From IMG/VR virus record IMGVR_UViG_3300042260_000394: DNA of 64,000 nucleotides, one strand, 5' to 3'. This stretch comes from an uncultured virus (IMG/VR IMGVR_UViG_3300042260_000394) (taxonomy: Duplodnaviria > Heunggongvirae > Uroviricota > Caudoviricetes). The notes beneath the pieces are model-generated. The model did not search any database. It was not told the DNA's origin and saw only the letters and a list, made by a program, of their open reading frames with translations. Shown here in pieces: positions 34,859 to 44,686 of this stretch (position 1 is its first letter; each line of letters opens with the position of its first letter). The position numbers were made by a program, and so were the translations under genes.

Positions 34859-36016
34859 TTACTTCTTGCGGCTGATAGACTCAGCAACAAACTTTCGGTA
34901 TTCACCCATTGCGTCTTGGAATTTCTGCTCTACAGTAGATTCTTCTAGACCCATTGGATTTTCACCTTGGTTGTTAGCACGGTTTGCACCGTATGCTTTA
35001 TTACCTGCACCGTCACCTTTACCGCTTGGTAAAGAATCAAACTCAGTTGGCTCGTTCATTGAAGTGCCTTCTGGGCTGTTCATTAGTTTGCTTTCAGCAA
35101 AACCAGATAGCTTCATAATGCGACCTAGTTCGTCTGTGTATGCTTCACCTTCGTATACGCCTTGGCCAAATACAGAGTTAGTTGCAGGAGCTTCTTCCTT
35201 AACTTCTTTGTCTTTGTCTGCCCAGTCTGGTACACCGTCACCATCAGCATCTGGCTTCTTGTTGTCGTCTTTGTCGTCAGCTTTATCTTCGGCTGTCTTG
35301 TCACCGTTCTTCTTAGCAATCATTTTTGCAAATGCGGCTTTTTGTGCGGCGCTTTGTGCTTCGTTAGTTACACCAGCTAATTGAAGAATACGTGCTGTTT
35401 CTTCGTCTAGTTCTTCTGACTCGCCAACTTCTTTCTTAGCGGCTTCGTCGTCGGCCTTTTTACGAGCTTCTTCTTCGGCATCAGTTTCTGTACCGCCATA
35501 TACACCAGAACCTGCTTGGTGTGTTAAGCCAGTTGCAGTTTGCGTTACTTTACCACCTTTAGAAGTGTATGACGTATCGCCTACTGCTTCTTCAACATCG
35601 TCTTCCTCTTCAGATTCTTCCTCTTCAGATTCGCCGCCTTGTTCTGCTTCGTGATCAGCCATGTCATGGTCGCCATCGCCATCAACATCGCCTGGTACAT
35701 CGTCTGCTGCCACTGTAGGTTCTGCACCAACATACATAACTGCTGGCTCTTCAGCACCTGGCATTTCGCCTGGCATCTCAGCAGGCCCGTCGGCCGCAAC
35801 GCCACCAACTTGAATACCTGCTAGTTTTAAGATGTTTGCAATTTCATCGGCGCTGTCTGTTGTAACGCTAATGTTCTTACCCGGCATGTTAATGGTAACA
35901 GTCATTGGGCCTTCGCCTTCAGGAGTCTGACCAGTTACACCAGCCATATCATCCCAGCATTCACCAATGCCTTCTTTGGCAATACGGATGCTTTCATTTA
36001 CTTGTTTCTTAGTCAT
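34859..36016 (-). CDS. Acidic low-complexity protein, probable prohead core/internal protein
   Basis: Many hydrophobic-x-E sites, three I(L/M)xL(A/S)G motifs, DxDxDG motifs. Confidence 0.65.
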   Translation of the reverse strand: MTKKQVNESIRIAKEGIGECWDDMAGVTGQTPEGEGPMTVTINMPGKNISVTTDSADEIANILKLAGIQVGGVAADGPAEMPGEMPGAEEPAVMYVGAEPTVAADDVPGDVDGDGDHDMADHEAEQGGESEEEESEEEDDVEEAVGDTSYTSKGGKVTQTATGLTHQAGSGVYGGTETDAEEEARKKADDEAAKKEVGESEELDEETARILQLAGVTNEAQSAAQKAAFAKMIAKKNGDKTAEDKADDKDDNKKPDADGDGVPDWADKDKEVKEEAPATNSVFGQGVYEGEAYTDELGRIMKLSGFAESKLMNSPEGTSMNEPTEFDSLPSGKGDGAGNKAYGANRANNQGENPMGLEESTVEQKFQDAMGEYRKFVAESISRKK

Positions 36017-36621
36017 TATTTTTCTCCCTTGCCTGGAACAGCAATGTTATTTTGTTTTGTACCGATTGGGCTAGTCTTGCCATCGGCTGGGCCTTCATAG
36101 TCAGGTCCCGATGTGATTTTACCAACGTTTTGTGTAATGTTAGCTTTGCGCTCTTTACCGGCTTTGTCAGCGGCGGCCAATGTATCTTGATTGTACTTGT
36201 CGCCAACTGTGTCAGCGCAAGTACTACCAGCTTCAGAGTCATTACCAATCAGTGGCTTGTATTCACCTTCTGGTTTTTCTTCTTCAATTTGCTGTTCAAT
36301 TGGTTCGTTACGACCAAATACTTTAAGTACTCCGTCTGCAATGTACATTAGACTTTTTAGCTCGCCTTCCAAAACTGGAGGGCTAACTGGTAAGCGTGTT
36401 ACTACATCAACAATAACAATTTCGTGACCACCAAGTTGTGGAAAGTCCATTGGCACTGCTTGCAACATTAGCTTTTCTGGGCGGCCAACTTCTAGTGCAT
36501 CATACTTTTTCATATGGCGCTCTAGAGACTCAAGTTGGCGATCTGACGGCTGAAAAGCCATCTTAACACGGTAGCGGTGTTCGCGCTGTAACTGATTAAT
36601 ATACTCTAATAGTGTGGGCAT
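36016..36621 (-). CDS. Hypothetical protein
   Basis: TAAATA at 36643-36648, AGG SD. Confidence 0.7.
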   Translation of the reverse strand: MPTLLEYINQLQREHRYRVKMAFQPSDRQLESLERHMKKYDALEVGRPEKLMLQAVPMDFPQLGGHEIVIVDVVTRLPVSPPVLEGELKSLMYIADGVLKVFGRNEPIEQQIEEEKPEGEYKPLIGNDSEAGSTCADTVGDKYNQDTLAAADKAGKERKANITQNVGKITSGPDYEGPADGKTSPIGTKQNNIAVPGKGEK

Positions 36622-36641
36622 AATTAAATCCTCTCATAAGA

Positions 36642-37148
36642 CTATTTATTATGACCAACGCTCTTTAGGATTGCTTGCACGATATCATTGCGATTTCCCA
36701 TCAATCCGCCTTCTGTTGCGTCTAATACGTTACTAGAATCCGAGTTCTTTTCCTCTCGATCCATACGTGCTTTACGCAACTGCAATTCAACCATTTTTAG
36801 CTTTTTATCTATTTTGGCTGTTTTTGCATCCACTGCTGTTTTCAACAGTTGGGCGGCAACTTCAAAGATTTTGCCTGCATTTCTATCATCTACGTTAAAT
36901 CCCAAATCCATCAAACGCTCGCTTTGTTCTTGCGCGGTGTTTGCTAACTTGTCTAGTTCACGCTCTGCTGTTGCCATGTCTGTTACAGTAGGCAATGCAA
37001 TATCAACACGGTTTGCCATGTCAATAGTAGCGGTAGCTACATCAAGCTGTTGCTGAATTTCTTCAGAAACTTCTGGTTGTGTGTGGTCTGAAGCAGTTGC
37101 TTCCTCAATAGGTGGGAAACCAAATACTTCTTCTAATTTCTTAGTCAT
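36642..37148 (-). CDS. Helical protein, candidate terminase small subunit
   Basis: Size, coiled coil (GKIFEVAAQLLKTAVDAK) and position upstream of terL; rare TAG stop. Confidence 0.45.
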   Translation of the reverse strand: MTKKLEEVFGFPPIEEATASDHTQPEVSEEIQQQLDVATATIDMANRVDIALPTVTDMATAERELDKLANTAQEQSERLMDLGFNVDDRNAGKIFEVAAQLLKTAVDAKTAKIDKKLKMVELQLRKARMDREEKNSDSSNVLDATEGGLMGNRNDIVQAILKSVGHNK

Positions 37149-37163
37149 GCACTTACTTATGAC

Positions 37164-37613
37164 TTACTTGCGGCGTTTGCGTGTTGGATTAGCGTTATTG
37201 TAGATGTCTTCTTCCGTTAGGATACGGAATGTTGCGCCCATGCGCTTGCACCAGATTTGTGCGGCTTGCCACTTGCACATATTAAGTGCTACAGCCATCT
37301 TTTCTTGCTGGCTACGAGCCAGTTCCATGACTGCTTGTGCTTTGGGTTTGATTTCAATGAGTTCAGCACGGTTAACTCCATTGACTTGGTACGTTACCAA
37401 AAAGTCTGGAACGTAATAGGTGTCTTTGCCTGTAAAGGGGTTTTTGTAAGGTATACGAACGCATTCGCTTGCCCAGCTTACTACACTAGGGTGGTTGTCA
37501 CAGAAACGCATAAACGTTAATTCCCAACCACTGCGATACTTGGGAGTACCTTTGCCTACGTACTTCTCAGGATTCAATATAGTGTAAAATCCCTGTGAAT
37601 AGTTGTTAGCCAT
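37164..37613 (-). CDS. Head completion nuclease (gp4/TnsA-like)
   Basis: NPEKYVG, YRSGWE, WASE, YVPDF, EIKP, KWQAA, LTE. Confidence 0.9.
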   Translation of the reverse strand: MANNYSQGFYTILNPEKYVGKGTPKYRSGWELTFMRFCDNHPSVVSWASECVRIPYKNPFTGKDTYYVPDFLVTYQVNGVNRAELIEIKPKAQAVMELARSQQEKMAVALNMCKWQAAQIWCKRMGATFRILTEEDIYNNANPTRKRRK

Positions 37614-37900
37614 TATAGTTCACGATTTGCTATTGGAGAAACTGCTACTGCTGTTTTCTTAGTATAACGAATTGTATCAGGTAAGGTAGTGTTAATGTGA
37701 TCAAGCACAGATTGGTCTACATCTAATGTTCCCTTGCTTACTGCACGTTCGATAAGAGCTTTAAAATTTAGTCCTAGGTCAATGCTTGCTTTCCACAAGG
37801 CCATTACAATTTGTTCTGCAGGGGAACGACCAAGTCCTAAACTTAGTACCTGTTGTACCGCACGATCAAAATCAACTTGAGGTATTACTTTGTATGCCAT
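37613..37900 (-). CDS. Hypothetical protein
   Basis: Coupled ORF in the tail/head operon. Confidence 0.65.
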   Translation of the reverse strand: MAYKVIPQVDFDRAVQQVLSLGLGRSPAEQIVMALWKASIDLGLNFKALIERAVSKGTLDVDQSVLDHINTTLPDTIRYTKKTAVAVSPIANREL

Positions 37901-37902
37901 GA

Positions 37903-39360
37903 TTAATAGTCCGTTGGTTTGTTAGTTTTCTTAACGTACTGCTGTTCTTTGTTAGCTTGAGCACTTGTAGTTGATGGATTATTATTAACACTTTGTGGTA
38001 CATATCTATCGGTCATTGATCCGTCTGCGTTACGAGTGCGTACTTGAGAACTATATCTTGGCGCTGATCGCAATGCATCTGCTTCTGCCATTTTTCTAGA
38101 CGTCTCTTGCGATTGCAAACTGTTTGTTCGTGGAGGGTATTTTTCCAATCCGGCCAAGTACGCTTTCTTATATTCGGGATTCATTCCACGATCGTCTTGA
38201 ACATACGCAGATTCCTTCTTAACAAATTCTTGGTTGGCAGCACTCAATGGTTTTCTACTTTGCACTGAGTCGGGTGTTTTAGGAACCGAGTCTTGTGTCT
38301 TATTGACTACTGCTGGGGTTGTTGCACCAGTGCTAGGACTTACTGTACCTGCACGGGCCAGGCGTGCAGTTTCTGCGTCAGATTGGTTATTAGCTACTAG
38401 GGCTCGCTCTCGCTTTAGTGTTTCAATGTATCGTGCGTTTGGTGGTAATGTAGGATCGCTACCTCTGCTGAATCTAGCAATTTCTTTATCGTATTCAGCA
38501 GTTGATACATATCGTGTTTTCTCAGCCGCGGGAAATGCTGTAGTGCTTGCAGGCGCAGTTTGTGTTTTATTTCTATGTCTTGCTGATTGCTTTGTCAAGT
38601 TTGGATTACCCCAAGCCGCGCCAAGCGGGCCGTTATCTTCTCCCCCGGCTTGTCTCCATTTACTTGGTCCTGTTTCAACATTAGCGTCAGCTTTGGGCGG
38701 CTTTGTAATTGGGACCGACACAACAGACGGTTTTGATGGTGGCTTAGGCAATGCTTTAATACCTGCACCTTTGTCACCTTTTCGTGGTCCCTTAAATTCA
38801 AGGCCTTTAACCCCGTCTATGTTTAAATCTTCGTAACGAAGTGTGATTGTCCAAACAACTGGATCGCTTGTCGAGTAATCTAATGTGTCGTGTTGAGCAT
38901 CAACAATGAATGCATTAAGCAATGTATAGACTTTATCGTCTCCTTCGCCACTTAAATTTTTCATTGTAATTTTTACTGTCAATGGTAATATACCATTCTT
39001 CTTAGTAACGTCTGGTGAATCAAATTGCCCTTTAACAAACTCCCAAATCAAACTTTCAGCAACATCATTGGTTTGATCATAAAACGTCATAGTAATAGGT
39101 TCATAGTTCATTTTAGTCTGGACTATGGTCTTATGATTGTAAACGTTTACTACTTGTGTTTCAACTGAGAAGCGTGGAAGCTCACAAGTCTTTGCAACAA
39201 GTGGGCCAGTAGACTGTAGGCCTTTTGCTTCGCCGCCTTCGCCCAGTGACAATTCAACTTCCCAAGCAAATTTTAAGTATGGGAATCCGTCACCCAGCGG
39301 GCCAGAATTGACCTGCTTGTCGTTAAGTAAAAGTTTTGTTGCTAAATTTGTAAACGCCAT
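37903..39360 (-). CDS. Tail tube-like baseplate protein (gp54/gp48-like) with long C-terminal extension
   Basis: CELPRFSVET...YN...YEPITMTFYD...LDYS is a paralogous tube fold; start MAFTNL at 39360. Confidence 0.7.
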   Translation of the reverse strand: MAFTNLATKLLLNDKQVNSGPLGDGFPYLKFAWEVELSLGEGGEAKGLQSTGPLVAKTCELPRFSVETQVVNVYNHKTIVQTKMNYEPITMTFYDQTNDVAESLIWEFVKGQFDSPDVTKKNGILPLTVKITMKNLSGEGDDKVYTLLNAFIVDAQHDTLDYSTSDPVVWTITLRYEDLNIDGVKGLEFKGPRKGDKGAGIKALPKPPSKPSVVSVPITKPPKADANVETGPSKWRQAGGEDNGPLGAAWGNPNLTKQSARHRNKTQTAPASTTAFPAAEKTRYVSTAEYDKEIARFSRGSDPTLPPNARYIETLKRERALVANNQSDAETARLARAGTVSPSTGATTPAVVNKTQDSVPKTPDSVQSRKPLSAANQEFVKKESAYVQDDRGMNPEYKKAYLAGLEKYPPRTNSLQSQETSRKMAEADALRSAPRYSSQVRTRNADGSMTDRYVPQSVNNNPSTTSAQANKEQQYVKKTNKPTDY

Positions 39361-39463
39361 TGTATTCAATGGAAAAGGGTTATTTCTAACCCTTTTCTTT
39401 CTCCTTAGTAAGGGCAAGCATTTCTGCTTACACTTACTTATCACTTATAGTTAAAGCGGACTA

Positions 39464-40084
39464 TTACTCCGGTGACTCACCAGCCGAGCTTGAATCGAGA
39501 CCGTTATCGCCTAAACCGCCTTCTAGGGCATCAGTACCACCAATATTGTGGTTAGCGTTATCGTACTTGATTGTAATAGAGATTTGTAGCGGATCGCTTG
39601 TTGCATAGTTGTTCTCACCGTAGTTTACGTTAGAGATATAGCAACCAGCCAACTGCCATGCATCTAAAACTTCGCCTGGTTGACCACCATCTAAGTTTTC
39701 AATAGCCATACCAAACTTGTAGCCGCCGCCTGCGCGAACGCTGGCTTGGTTAGCATGGTCAACTTGCTTTTGCATTTGTGATGCAATAGCTCGTGCTACA
39801 TTGCCTGTAACGTCATCACGTACTGTTAGTGTGATATCGTCCCAGTTGTGTTTGCCTGCTAACTTAATACGTGAATTGTAAACATCTACAACTACGTCAT
39901 CGTGTGTTAGGCTTGGACGACTTACACTTACAACTTGACTTGTTAGCTCTAAGTTTTGCAAAGGGTCGCTGTCTGAGCCAAATCCGTTTAATCTAACGCG
40001 GAAGCGATATGATAGCTTAGGTTGTACTAGAACCGCGCCTTCATTGCCTCCTGGTACGTTAAATTTGTCTAATTGAACTGCCAT
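39464..40084 (-). CDS. Tail tube protein (gp19-like)
   Basis: PKLSYRFRV, LAGKHNWDDITLTVRDD, WQLAGC, ITIKYD; follows the sheath gene. Confidence 0.88.
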   Translation of the reverse strand: MAVQLDKFNVPGGNEGAVLVQPKLSYRFRVRLNGFGSDSDPLQNLELTSQVVSVSRPSLTHDDVVVDVYNSRIKLAGKHNWDDITLTVRDDVTGNVARAIASQMQKQVDHANQASVRAGGGYKFGMAIENLDGGQPGEVLDAWQLAGCYISNVNYGENNYATSDPLQISITIKYDNANHNIGGTDALEGGLGDNGLDSSSAGESPE

Positions 40085-40109
40085 TTTATGTGTCTCCTGT
40101 TAGTGTTAT

Positions 40110-42503
40110 TTAGCGTGTACCATTGGCAATCGCGCCAGTGTTTACAACACGAACTGGAATATAGATAAACTCAGCTGCCTTAACTGGCTCAATTGCCACG
40201 TCAATGTACAACTCGTTTCTATCAATTCGAGCAGGAGTGTTGTTTGTATCATCACAAACTACTAAGAAGTCGTATACCGCACGTTTAGAGTACATGTCGG
40301 CTAAGAATGCGTTAAACACACTCAAAATACGATTACGTGTACGCTGGTCGTTTGGTTCAAAGATGAACGGACGAGCAATAACTTCAAAACGTTCACGCAA
40401 GTAAGCCAACAAGCGACCTACGTTTACGCGGTCAAGTGCAGAGTTGCTTGGATACAATGTCTTTTGACCCCAGATATATAAACCTTGGCCTGGGAAGTTA
40501 ACCAATGGGTTAACATTCTTTTCGTACAATGCATCACGTGAACCTTGATTCAACGCAACTGGAACGAATTCGTTTTCTGCATTAACTGTACCTAAGTTAC
40601 TGATACCACTTAGAGCACCGCGGACTAAACCAGCTGGAGCAAACCATGGATAAGCAATTTGGTCGTTATAAGCAATGCCACGTAGAACTGAGTGACTTGC
40701 TGGAACTGCAACATCGTTACCGTCTAAGTCTGTCGATAAACCACTTGGGTAGTAAATAGCGGCACTGCCCGAACGTGTTACTAGGCCATCTGCACCGTTA
40801 GTGCCGGCGTTAGTACCTAAAGACCAGTTAACAACATCAGTAATCTTGTTGCTTAACTTTAACGGAGTGTCAGCAATAACGAACGCTGTTTCTTTACGAT
40901 CTAAGTTCAATGTAACCATTTCGTCGATACATTCAACATAACCTGGAGTAGCAATAATGTTGAACACTAGTGTTTCTGCACGTAGTTCATCACTGCTTGT
41001 TAGTGCGGCTTGTAAACGCTTTACAACAACACGGCGTTGTGCTTTGTCGAACATGTATGGGGAACCTGCTTTAGGACCGCTATCAACGTTACCAGATTCC
41101 GACTGCCAGAATCCTTCTGTTGCATTCCATGCTTTTACGTTACCAGAGCTTACTGCGCTGTTCCATAACAACATACCTTCTGGATAGTAAGCTGGGTTAG
41201 GAGCTTGGTCATCCATTGGGTTAGCGCCATTGGCAACACCGCTTGTGTCACCTGCTTCAGCTGTTAAGTCTGCAAACAATACACCATCTTGTGTTGTTTG
41301 GTCTGCATTGTCCTTAGCAACCCATTCGCTACCGTTCCATACTTTCAAGAATGGATAGTTAGCCATGTCATTAGTATCAACCCATACGTCACCAAAACTT
41401 GGGTTAGTAGGTGCAATGGTGTTTACATCAATTTGAGAAGCTGCCTTCCAAATTGGTGTATCATCAACTGTTGTCTTAACATAAACGTCAACCATTGTGC
41501 CTGCGTCATACCATAACTTACCGTCTGGTAATGCGCCTGTTGGGGCTGTATCAGATGCACTTACTGCTGGAGTTGCCCAAGCAGAGCCGTTATAACGTTT
41601 GATTTCAAATTTAGCTTCGTTCGTAGTTGCAAATTGGAGATAAATGCTGTTTGTTACTAACTTTGTACCAAATTCTGTTGTAGCTGTAGCGTTATCAACA
41701 TAACCAACCAATTGGTCAACATTGCCAGCGCCAATTGTTTGTGCTGTCCAGCTTTCAGTAGAAGCATTGTACTTTTTAACTTTTAAAGACAAGCCAGAAT
41801 TTGGACTTGTTGTCTTAAACCATACTGCGCCAACTGTTGGAGTTGGGACTTGGTAGTGTGGTCCAACTGTTACTGTTGTGCTTAGGTTGCCAGAAGTAAC
41901 TGCGGCCCATACTGCGCCACCTTCTACGCCTTCTACTTTTTTGTAGAAAGTTTTTACTGCACTTGTTGCATCTAATGCATAGTCGCCTAAGGCTCCTTCG
42001 CCGGCGCCTGGAACGCCGTCAGATACTAACACTGACTTAGCTACCCATGCAGAGCCGTTACCTTCAAACAAGCCCCATGTGCTTGCACTTGTATCTAACC
42101 AGTATTGGCCGTTTGTTGCTGGGCCAGTTGGAGCTTCTGCTTGTGGCTCTAATTCTTCCATGTTGAGGTCAGCACGTACTAGAACAGCACGGTTAGCAAT
42201 ACCTAGGTAGTAATAAGCGGCAAGCAAGCCGTATTCGTTTAATTCGTGACCATGTACAGGTGTACCGTCAACGATAGTGAACTTTGGTTCACCGTATAAT
42301 TGTACCAACTCTCGTTGGCTTGTAACAATAAGTGGTTTCTTAGCGAAAGGTGCAGTAGTGTATTGTGCAACTGAACCATCTGGTGATGTTTTATTAGAAC
42401 GTGTTGCTAAGACAATAACTGGAACTGTACCAGTGCCTGCAGATGCGTATGCGCTTTCGTCAATAATTGAAACGCTTACGCCTGGGGAACTTAATTGAGC
42501 CAT
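40110..42503 (-). CDS. Contractile tail sheath protein (gp18-like)
   Basis: SPGVSV, WFAPAG..RG, WGQKTL, DRVNVGRL, FEPND, PVKAAEFIYIP. Confidence 0.95.
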   Translation of the reverse strand: MAQLSSPGVSVSIIDESAYASAGTGTVPVIVLATRSNKTSPDGSVAQYTTAPFAKKPLIVTSQRELVQLYGEPKFTIVDGTPVHGHELNEYGLLAAYYYLGIANRAVLVRADLNMEELEPQAEAPTGPATNGQYWLDTSASTWGLFEGNGSAWVAKSVLVSDGVPGAGEGALGDYALDATSAVKTFYKKVEGVEGGAVWAAVTSGNLSTTVTVGPHYQVPTPTVGAVWFKTTSPNSGLSLKVKKYNASTESWTAQTIGAGNVDQLVGYVDNATATTEFGTKLVTNSIYLQFATTNEAKFEIKRYNGSAWATPAVSASDTAPTGALPDGKLWYDAGTMVDVYVKTTVDDTPIWKAASQIDVNTIAPTNPSFGDVWVDTNDMANYPFLKVWNGSEWVAKDNADQTTQDGVLFADLTAEAGDTSGVANGANPMDDQAPNPAYYPEGMLLWNSAVSSGNVKAWNATEGFWQSESGNVDSGPKAGSPYMFDKAQRRVVVKRLQAALTSSDELRAETLVFNIIATPGYVECIDEMVTLNLDRKETAFVIADTPLKLSNKITDVVNWSLGTNAGTNGADGLVTRSGSAAIYYPSGLSTDLDGNDVAVPASHSVLRGIAYNDQIAYPWFAPAGLVRGALSGISNLGTVNAENEFVPVALNQGSRDALYEKNVNPLVNFPGQGLYIWGQKTLYPSNSALDRVNVGRLLAYLRERFEVIARPFIFEPNDQRTRNRILSVFNAFLADMYSKRAVYDFLVVCDDTNNTPARIDRNELYIDVAIEPVKAAEFIYIPVRVVNTGAIANGTR

Positions 42504-42603
42504 TTGTGTATCTCCGTAATCTAAGGGATCATACCCTTTACGAAGATATTTAGCGCAAAGTGCTAAATTTGGCCCTATTTACCGGAAAATGCTATTTTAC
42601 AAT

Positions 42604-43227
42604 TTACTGGACAATCGTTGCTATACGTTTGTATAGATCATCAACAGTGCCATTGTTATCTAGTATATAGTCAAAATTGGTTCCAACCCATGCTGTTTCG
42701 CTGGCATGAATCTTTTCATTGGCTAGCCAATTTGCCGCTGACTCTACACCTTTGTTTGCTTGTACTGCAATGTCAACCCAATGTGGCTGAATTCCGCGTT
42801 CGACACATACAACAATACCGCCTGCATTTTTGATTGCTTTAATTTCATTAGGGAAACGGCAGTCACTGATAACAATACTGTCTTTGCTATTACGCAACCG
42901 TGCTTCTAAGGAAGCAATCCAAATGTCATCGTGGAAGCTACGACGACAAACTTCTGTGCCCCAAAGCTGTAGCACCAGACGTGGAGTAAGCTCGGGCATT
43001 TTTAAACGCTCTGCCCACCATGGATCAACTTGTTCACGCCATTCGCGGGCTTGTTTTGTACGCCCTTCAAGCAATTCTCGGTCCCAGCCAAATACGGCTG
43101 CAACTGCATCTTTGAGGGTAGCGGCAAATGAGTCTCGTCGAAACTCATGGAACTTAACCAGGTAATCTGCGGCGGTGTCCTTGCCGCTGCCGATGAGTCC
43201 GCAGATTCCAATAATTTGTTTATTCAT
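42604..43227 (-). CDS. Deoxynucleoside monophosphate kinase (gp1-like)
   Basis: GLIGSGKDT, FAATLK, PRLVLQLWGTE, SDCRFPNE, HASE. Confidence 0.92.
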   Translation of the reverse strand: MNKQIIGICGLIGSGKDTAADYLVKFHEFRRDSFAATLKDAVAAVFGWDRELLEGRTKQAREWREQVDPWWAERLKMPELTPRLVLQLWGTEVCRRSFHDDIWIASLEARLRNSKDSIVISDCRFPNEIKAIKNAGGIVVCVERGIQPHWVDIAVQANKGVESAANWLANEKIHASETAWVGTNFDYILDNNGTVDDLYKRIATIVQ

Positions 43228-43266
43228 GTGTTATACTAACATAACTGCACGACAAAATCAACAGTT

Positions 43267-43893
43267 TTACTTTTCGTATTTTACCATAAAGTCAGAACAG
43301 GTTCTAAACATTTGTGGAACTAGGTTTTTCTCTTTATCAATTAGTCTATGCAGGTCTGCAAATTCCTCTGCATAGTTTACTGCTCGTAATGCGTTTAGCA
43401 CCAATTCAACACAACTGACATGAGTGTCATCAGACAGATCAAACAAGTCATCGTAAGGCTTGCCCTGTTGCTTTAACAAGGCATCAATGATCTTGGTCCA
43501 TTCTGCGTTGTCAATGTTGTTTGGTGTCAGCAAGCATACAGTGTCGCACTCAAACACTTGATCAAAAGTGGAATAATGTACGCCTACACCTGTTGCTTCA
43601 ACAAACTTAAAGCTGGCAGTGTCTGTAGGATCAGTAATGTTGTCGCAGTTCATTAGTGCATGGCTGTAGTTAGCCCATACTCCTGTTTTAACCCATGACA
43701 AGAATGAAACTACAATGCTACTTAGATGATGCTTGTCTCCGGTTAGAATAATATAATAACCGCTAGCCAACAAGCGGGCAAGCTCATCTCGATCAGTTAC
43801 CGTAATATATGTTTTCTTGCTCCAGGAGATTTTTCCCGGAAGCATTGCAATCCAATGATATATTTTATAAAGTAGTGTAGAATATTTTGACAT
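43267..43893 (-). CDS. Permuted papain-like (YiiX/YebB, NlpC/P60) amidase
   Basis: YSHA, VEA, GKPYD, SCVELV with His preceding Cys. Confidence 0.75.
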   Translation of the reverse strand: MSKYSTLLYKIYHWIAMLPGKISWSKKTYITVTDRDELARLLASGYYIILTGDKHHLSSIVVSFLSWVKTGVWANYSHALMNCDNITDPTDTASFKFVEATGVGVHYSTFDQVFECDTVCLLTPNNIDNAEWTKIIDALLKQQGKPYDDLFDLSDDTHVSCVELVLNALRAVNYAEEFADLHRLIDKEKNLVPQMFRTCSDFMVKYEK

Positions 43894-44642
43894 TATCCAA
43901 AAATAAACCCTAGTGGAGTACCACCGTCAGCAAATGTTTTTAAGTCGTCATCTAACTTTTCAAGTTCGGCTTGTGCCTGTGAAATTAAGTCGTTACCGTT
44001 TAATGTAACACCACCCTGCGGGCCAGCTAGCTGTGCAAATTTAGAACGTGCTTGACCAAGCATCATCTTTGCTTGTGCTGTTGCATAATCTCTAATCCAA
44101 GGACCCGAACTAGTGTCGGCTAACAATGCTTCATCTGGACGATAGTTATAAGTGTGTAGCAATACTGATTCTTCACCTTTGATGTTGCGGTGTAGATTAA
44201 TTTGCTTACTTGTTTGGCTCCATGTAAATGTAACATTGGCACCAAACATACGTCCCAATAACTCGCGCTGTCCCATGTACAATTCAAACGATAGTAGTCC
44301 TTGACCACGTGCGGCATTAAGCATATACATGTTTAAGTACGCGGCTTCAAATGGTTCAAACGTTGTACTTGTTGTACCTACTCCACCTGCGCTTGCACGG
44401 TAAACAACCTTAACGTCAATGACTTCATCTGGGAGAGTGTATGAGCTATTGCCTTCTGTTAAGTTTAGTAGCATGAAGCTTTCTTCTACTGCTCTACTTG
44501 AACGTTGGCGATATTTGCCAACGGCTTTATCAATAGCTAGGTCGTAGTGTTCTTTGTCTAATTCGACATCTACTAAGCCGCCGCCAAGCATTAGCTCAAT
44601 GTTTTTTGCGGCTTTAGAACGTTGTGTTGTGTTGTTTTGCAT
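43893..44642 (-). CDS. Neck protein (gp13-like)
   Basis: LGG..VDVEL, WIRDYATA.AK..LGQARSKF...GGVTLNG. Confidence 0.88.
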   Translation of the reverse strand: MQNNTTQRSKAAKNIELMLGGGLVDVELDKEHYDLAIDKAVGKYRQRSSRAVEESFMLLNLTEGNSSYTLPDEVIDVKVVYRASAGGVGTTSTTFEPFEAAYLNMYMLNAARGQGLLSFELYMGQRELLGRMFGANVTFTWSQTSKQINLHRNIKGEESVLLHTYNYRPDEALLADTSSGPWIRDYATAQAKMMLGQARSKFAQLAGPQGGVTLNGNDLISQAQAELEKLDDDLKTFADGGTPLGFIFG

Positions 44643-44686
44643 GTGCAGTCTCCAGTATTATTTACCGAAGACTGCACTGCTAGTCC

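Noticed and set aside
22874..39444. Longest-ORF starts in the track (22981, 25644, 25945, 27287, 28628, 29461, 39444; also 830)
   Set aside because: They overlap neighbouring genes or promoters. Downstream ATGs with SD sequences or stop-start coupling fit better.
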